Origin: the human T2T-CHM13v2.0 reference genome, Homo sapiens
NCBI RefSeq assembly: GCF_009914755.1
Contig: NC_060942.1
Strand: one strand, 5' to 3'
Length of the DNA stretch: 64,000 bases
This document shows positions 59,601 through 64,000 of this stretch, in pieces. Both the position numbers and the translations under genes were made by a program. The notes under the pieces were generated by a model. It had not been told where the DNA came from, did no database searches, and saw only the letters and a list, made by a program, of their open reading frames with translations. Every line of letters starts with the position of its first letter. Positions within the stretch are counted from its first letter, which is position 1.

Positions 59601-60719
59601 GTGGAAATTTCAGGCAGTCTTGCAAATGCTTTTGCCAAATATCTAAAGGTATTACTGGCATGAAACCAATTTTCTGTACTTGAGGGAGAGGGGGTCCCAA
59701 ATCACACTTGTAGTGTTAAATCAAACCTCAAGCCCACATGCAGTGCAGGCCTAAGGTATCAATTTCTCAGCATTTTTTTTAAAATTTAGAGCTCTTGCCA
59801 AGAAACATTTACTGTACTGATGAGCAAATTTTTTCCTGGTCTATTTTTTCACTGAAGATGCTCCTCTGAACCATCAGGGCTTCTGGCTTTATATTCAGTT
59901 TTAATTTCAAATCTCTTGACTCATACAGGGCCAAGGTCTCATTTCCTGACCCCACATGGGTATGAAAGCTCATCCCCTAGATTGTTGAGCATGAAAGCTC
60001 TCTCCTTCCAGGAGACACCACATCTATTCATAGTTAACACTTTGGTTTTGAATTCCCTCTTCATTTCTAGCACTGGCACCTGGAGATTTCTCTTTTTTTT
60101 TTTTTTCCTTATAAGCTTAGCAATGCATTTTGAATTCTTTAGTATATTGTTACAAAATTCACATGTCTTTGTAGCTTTTCCAACTCCTATGTAATTCTGC
60201 TAAATTGGCAGAAGCAGAAGAGAACCACCTGTCTCATTCTTCTGACCTGAACTTCCTCTCAACACCTACAGCTGTGTCTGAGCTCTCAGTTCTTGCTTTC
60301 CCTGTGAGGCCAAGTCAAATTGTATTCCCAGCCTCATTCTGTTCTGCCCCAAACTACTGCATTGAATCAGGCCACACCCAGCAACATCCCAAAGTATAAT
60401 TCAAGATGGGCATGAAGCTTAGGAAGATAGAGTAAGTGAGAATGAGTTTCCTAGAGATGTGAAGCTTGGGAGTGTCCATGGTCTGAGATGCAGGACAATT
60501 GCAATCAACCCACACACCAGCCATACTATAATCGGAAAACACATCACACACATAAACTTTACAACACAAAATGAACACCTGCTGCCCAGGACAGGTCACT
60601 CCAAACCACATCACAAGAAGTGAGATGCTCAATAGAGGAGCCCAAAGTGGGGCTCAAGCTGCCTTCCTCTGCCAGGATTGTGGGAACCCCATCTACAAAA
60701 TAGTCCTGGGCTTGGCTTA

Positions 60720-60869
<150 letters not shown>

Positions 60870-60946
60870 TTAGCTCATCAGGATCCTGAAAAGAGAATAG
60901 AGGCCCCAAAGTAGCTACCACACCATCTACACTTACCCCCAGCAAT

Positions 60947-61094
60947 GCATAAATTGTCACCATTACTGTCAATAACAGAGCAAAAAACAAGTCAGTCCAC
61001 ATTGGTTCCAAATGGTCATTGCATGAATTGTCATCATTACTGTCAACAACAGAGCAAAAAACAACTCACTCAACATTAGTTCCAAATGGCCATT
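60947..61094. repeat. 74-bp tandem duplication (66/74 identical)
   Basis: Units 60947-61020 and 61021-61094 aligned by hand, 8 substitutions and no gaps. Confidence 0.92.
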
Positions 61095-64000
61095 GGATGT
61101 ATGACCATCACTGTATGTGATGAATAAATCAGAGGTAGAGAAGACCTTCTGTTTTTATCTGCTAACATGTTGCCTTGAAACACAGGGATCAGCCCAGACC
61201 CAAGGTGCCACCCTGAACCAACCTCCACCATATCTCCCCTGAACTATTGAAATGTCTCTAACTAGGCCCTCTGTATCTCCTCTGCCTTTCCCAGTCTGTT
61301 TTCCACATTGCACCATAGCATAAAAATTCACTGGGAAAACTGGATTCTGCAGATGAAAATCAAATTTATCTGTAAATTGTCAAAGCCATAACCAATGCAA
61401 AGACAAGAGGCACCAATAGTGGCTGGCATGCTTAGGGCTCTTTCAAAGACCTGTATCTGCTTCCTGTATCTTTGCTCCATTCATTGAACAAAACTTAATC
61501 CCCTGTAACCTCCAAATGCCTTAGCTTCAGCCTCAGCCATGGCCTTGATGGGAGACGAAGCTTGGTAAACTTGACATGATGAGACCTGCCCAGGTCTCCC
61601 CAGCTGGAGCCTGCCTTAGAGTGAGGAGCAAAGGTCAGGGGTTGGTATTTGTGGTCAAGGGAAGGGGAATCCTCCAGCTTTTCACTGGGTGCCAACAATT
61701 CCAAGGGCTGAGACCACTCTCCCTCCCCTTTTCCCTTCTTACAGTGGCTTCATATTTTTTATGTAGCAGAATCCTTTTTTATAGGTGTCTTTTGCCCAAT
61801 ATGTGAAGCTGGTAAAAACTAGAGCTGTTCTAATCAAGGTTCAGAGTCCCAGCCCCTCTGCCCACCTGTTCCCTAGTGCCTTCTCTGAGCCCTGTCCCTG
61901 GCCCTTAGAGGTTTTTCTCTTCTGTATTCCTCAGCTCCGCTATGTTGCCTGTGACAATGATTTTTGAGTTTTGTCATTTACTGTCTTGTGTTGTTTGCCA
62001 TTTCCTGCAAGTAAGGCTTCTAATTTCAAGTATTTATAGGAGGGCTGGGAGCAGGACTTCCTTCTCCTAGATAATCTCTCCCACATACCCTAGCACAGTG
62101 CTGGGCATGTACATTACAGTCTCATTAAGTACGCTGGAAAATAAATGGAATCAAATTTCCTAAAATTCAAAGTCTCCAGGAAGTTGCTCAGGGCAAAGGA
62201 CTGAGGTTGGAGAGATGAGGAGAAAACTTAATTTCATCCCTTCTAGAGGTGACACGGTGCAGGATCCTGCAGGAGCCCCACAGAGGACAGCCCACACACA
62301 GCCCCTGAAAGTTGGCCTTGAACTGGTGAGAACACTGAGGCAGCAGCGGTCAGTGCCTTCCCTTTCTCTCCTCAATCCTCACTTGAGGAAACCCATCAAT
62401 GGGGTAGGGAAGAATCCTGCAATTCTTGTCCCTAACTGAGAGCTCCAGGAGGAGCAGCCACTGTCAGACTCCCACACCTCTTGCTTTACAGTGAAGATCC
62501 TCTGAGACTGCAGCCAGAACCGGAGGTTTTGGAAGAGGCCAGGTCAGGGAACTCTGAGGTGAGCAGCTTGAAACTGGAGCCACACTCAGGTTACCTGGCA
62601 GTAACACCTGGCAGGTGTTAAACAGGCAGATTCCAGGTTTCCCTCCCAGAGCTTCTGAGCCATGTTGTTTGTAAGGACCAGGGAGGCCTCAGCCGTGGCT
62701 AGCTAATTCTGCTTTTACCATCTTCCATATTCCAGAGGCCGCCCCCCAGCCTTGATTCTCTCCTCCCTGGCTGGCAGTGCCTCTGAGAACATTCATTTTG
62801 GCTCACAACCCTTCCCAACTCCAGTCCAGGGCTCACTTCACAGAGGCAAGACCCCTCTTCAGGGTGGCAAGATGCCTAGGGCCCCTTGTCTGGTGAAGCC
62901 AGGGAGGGTGGTGGCCGGGGAATGTTCTGAAGGTTGCATCAGTCCATTGGAAGGGGCAGCAGGGCTCCAGGGGAAACTGCACACAGTGAAGCAGGAGAAA
63001 GGATGAGAGGGGCTGGGAAGCATTTGTTGAAGGAGTCGCCAATATTCTGAATCATTCCAGAAGGCAGAATTCTAATTAGCGAGTTGAGTTATAAAGCAGA
63101 TTTTCACTCACCAAAGGAAAGATTTTGTAGTATCTAAGGCTATTCAACAAAGGAATGGATGCCCTTGGGTTGGGGAGGGAGTTTCCCATCCCTAGAGACA
63201 CCTGACAGTTAGCATGTGCCAAGCACATTGGTGGAGAGCCACCTGCCAGGGATGCTGCACAGAAAGTGCCATAGGTGAGAGGATGTGGAAACGCTAAAGG
63301 TCCTTTTTAATCTGCAATTCCTTGACACTTGACCAAGAAGGACAGACTCTGGAGGGAAGCCAGGAGATCAAGGAGACATCTCAGAAGGAAGGGGAAGCAC
63401 CCTGAATGAGGAAAAGTGAGGCCTGGGCAGCACGAACGCACACGGGACTTTGGGAACACACAGCATCCATGCTCTGGGAAAGTCTGGAGAAGCAGACCAC
63501 GAGCCCAAAGTGAGGCAATTTGGGGAGACAGGCCAACTGTCAGAGATCAGGAGACCAGGGCTGGTGGAAAGGAGCTTCTAGGCCTTTCCAGCTGAGGTGG
63601 ACAAGGGACCCAAGCCAAGAGATCAGGAAGTCAGGTGGACAGAGGTCAGGAGGAAGCTGATTCTAGAACAAGCAGACTGTCTTCTAGCCTCTGCAGAACT
63701 TTCTATGGCAGATGGGGCCCTGAGTCCCTATGCAGTTGGCTGGGTGGAGAATAGGATCCCTGTGTGACAGGTGACTGCCAATCACATTGAGAAGGAGACA
63801 AGAGCTGCAGCAGGGATGGACAGATACACCTCACGAAACCATTTTTTAGAAGTCCCCATACATGGATGCTGACATTTATTACATTACTCTTTTACCTCCT
63901 TTATTTCATATTCCCTCTTCAAGCAGAACCCCAGACTATCTACTTTGCCATTTTCCAAAACAAGGCCCATGGCCCAATGCCGGCCCTGATCTGTGCTTAG

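Overview
Mammalian, almost certainly human, genomic DNA lying wholly inside LOXHD1 on the minus strand. LOXHD1 encodes the stereociliary PLAT/LH2-repeat protein and is the DFNB77 deafness gene. I traced 16 complete coding exons plus one partial exon by hand. All have GT-AG junctions and splice into one open frame covering PLAT repeats 2-7 and the start of repeat 8. Exon numbers 5-21 and c. positions are anchored on my recollection of NM_144612, and recalled variant codons (R547, R670, R751, R833, R1021, R1057) fall where that numbering predicts. Introns are filled with Alu, L1, L2, MIR, LTR (LTR3, MER67, MER76, MLT1) and DNA-transposon relics; family calls are from memory of consensus sequences. 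Most interesting signals: (i) two candidate cryptic poison exons whose donors abut (UG)16-17 tracts, the TDP-43-repressed architecture; (ii) an intron-6 GGAA microsatellite and an in-frame alternative start upstream of exon 8, matching the Ewing-sarcoma neo-enhancer arrangement I recall as already reported; (iii) a likely internal first exon in intron 20, downstream of a CpG-rich exon 19 and a (CG)7 Z-DNA tract; (iv) two 39-50 bp dispersed near-perfect copies that look like templated insertions; (v) a two-register palindrome; (vi) every PLAT repeat is a phase-1/phase-1 module. No prokaryote-type system (CRISPR, operon) is present.
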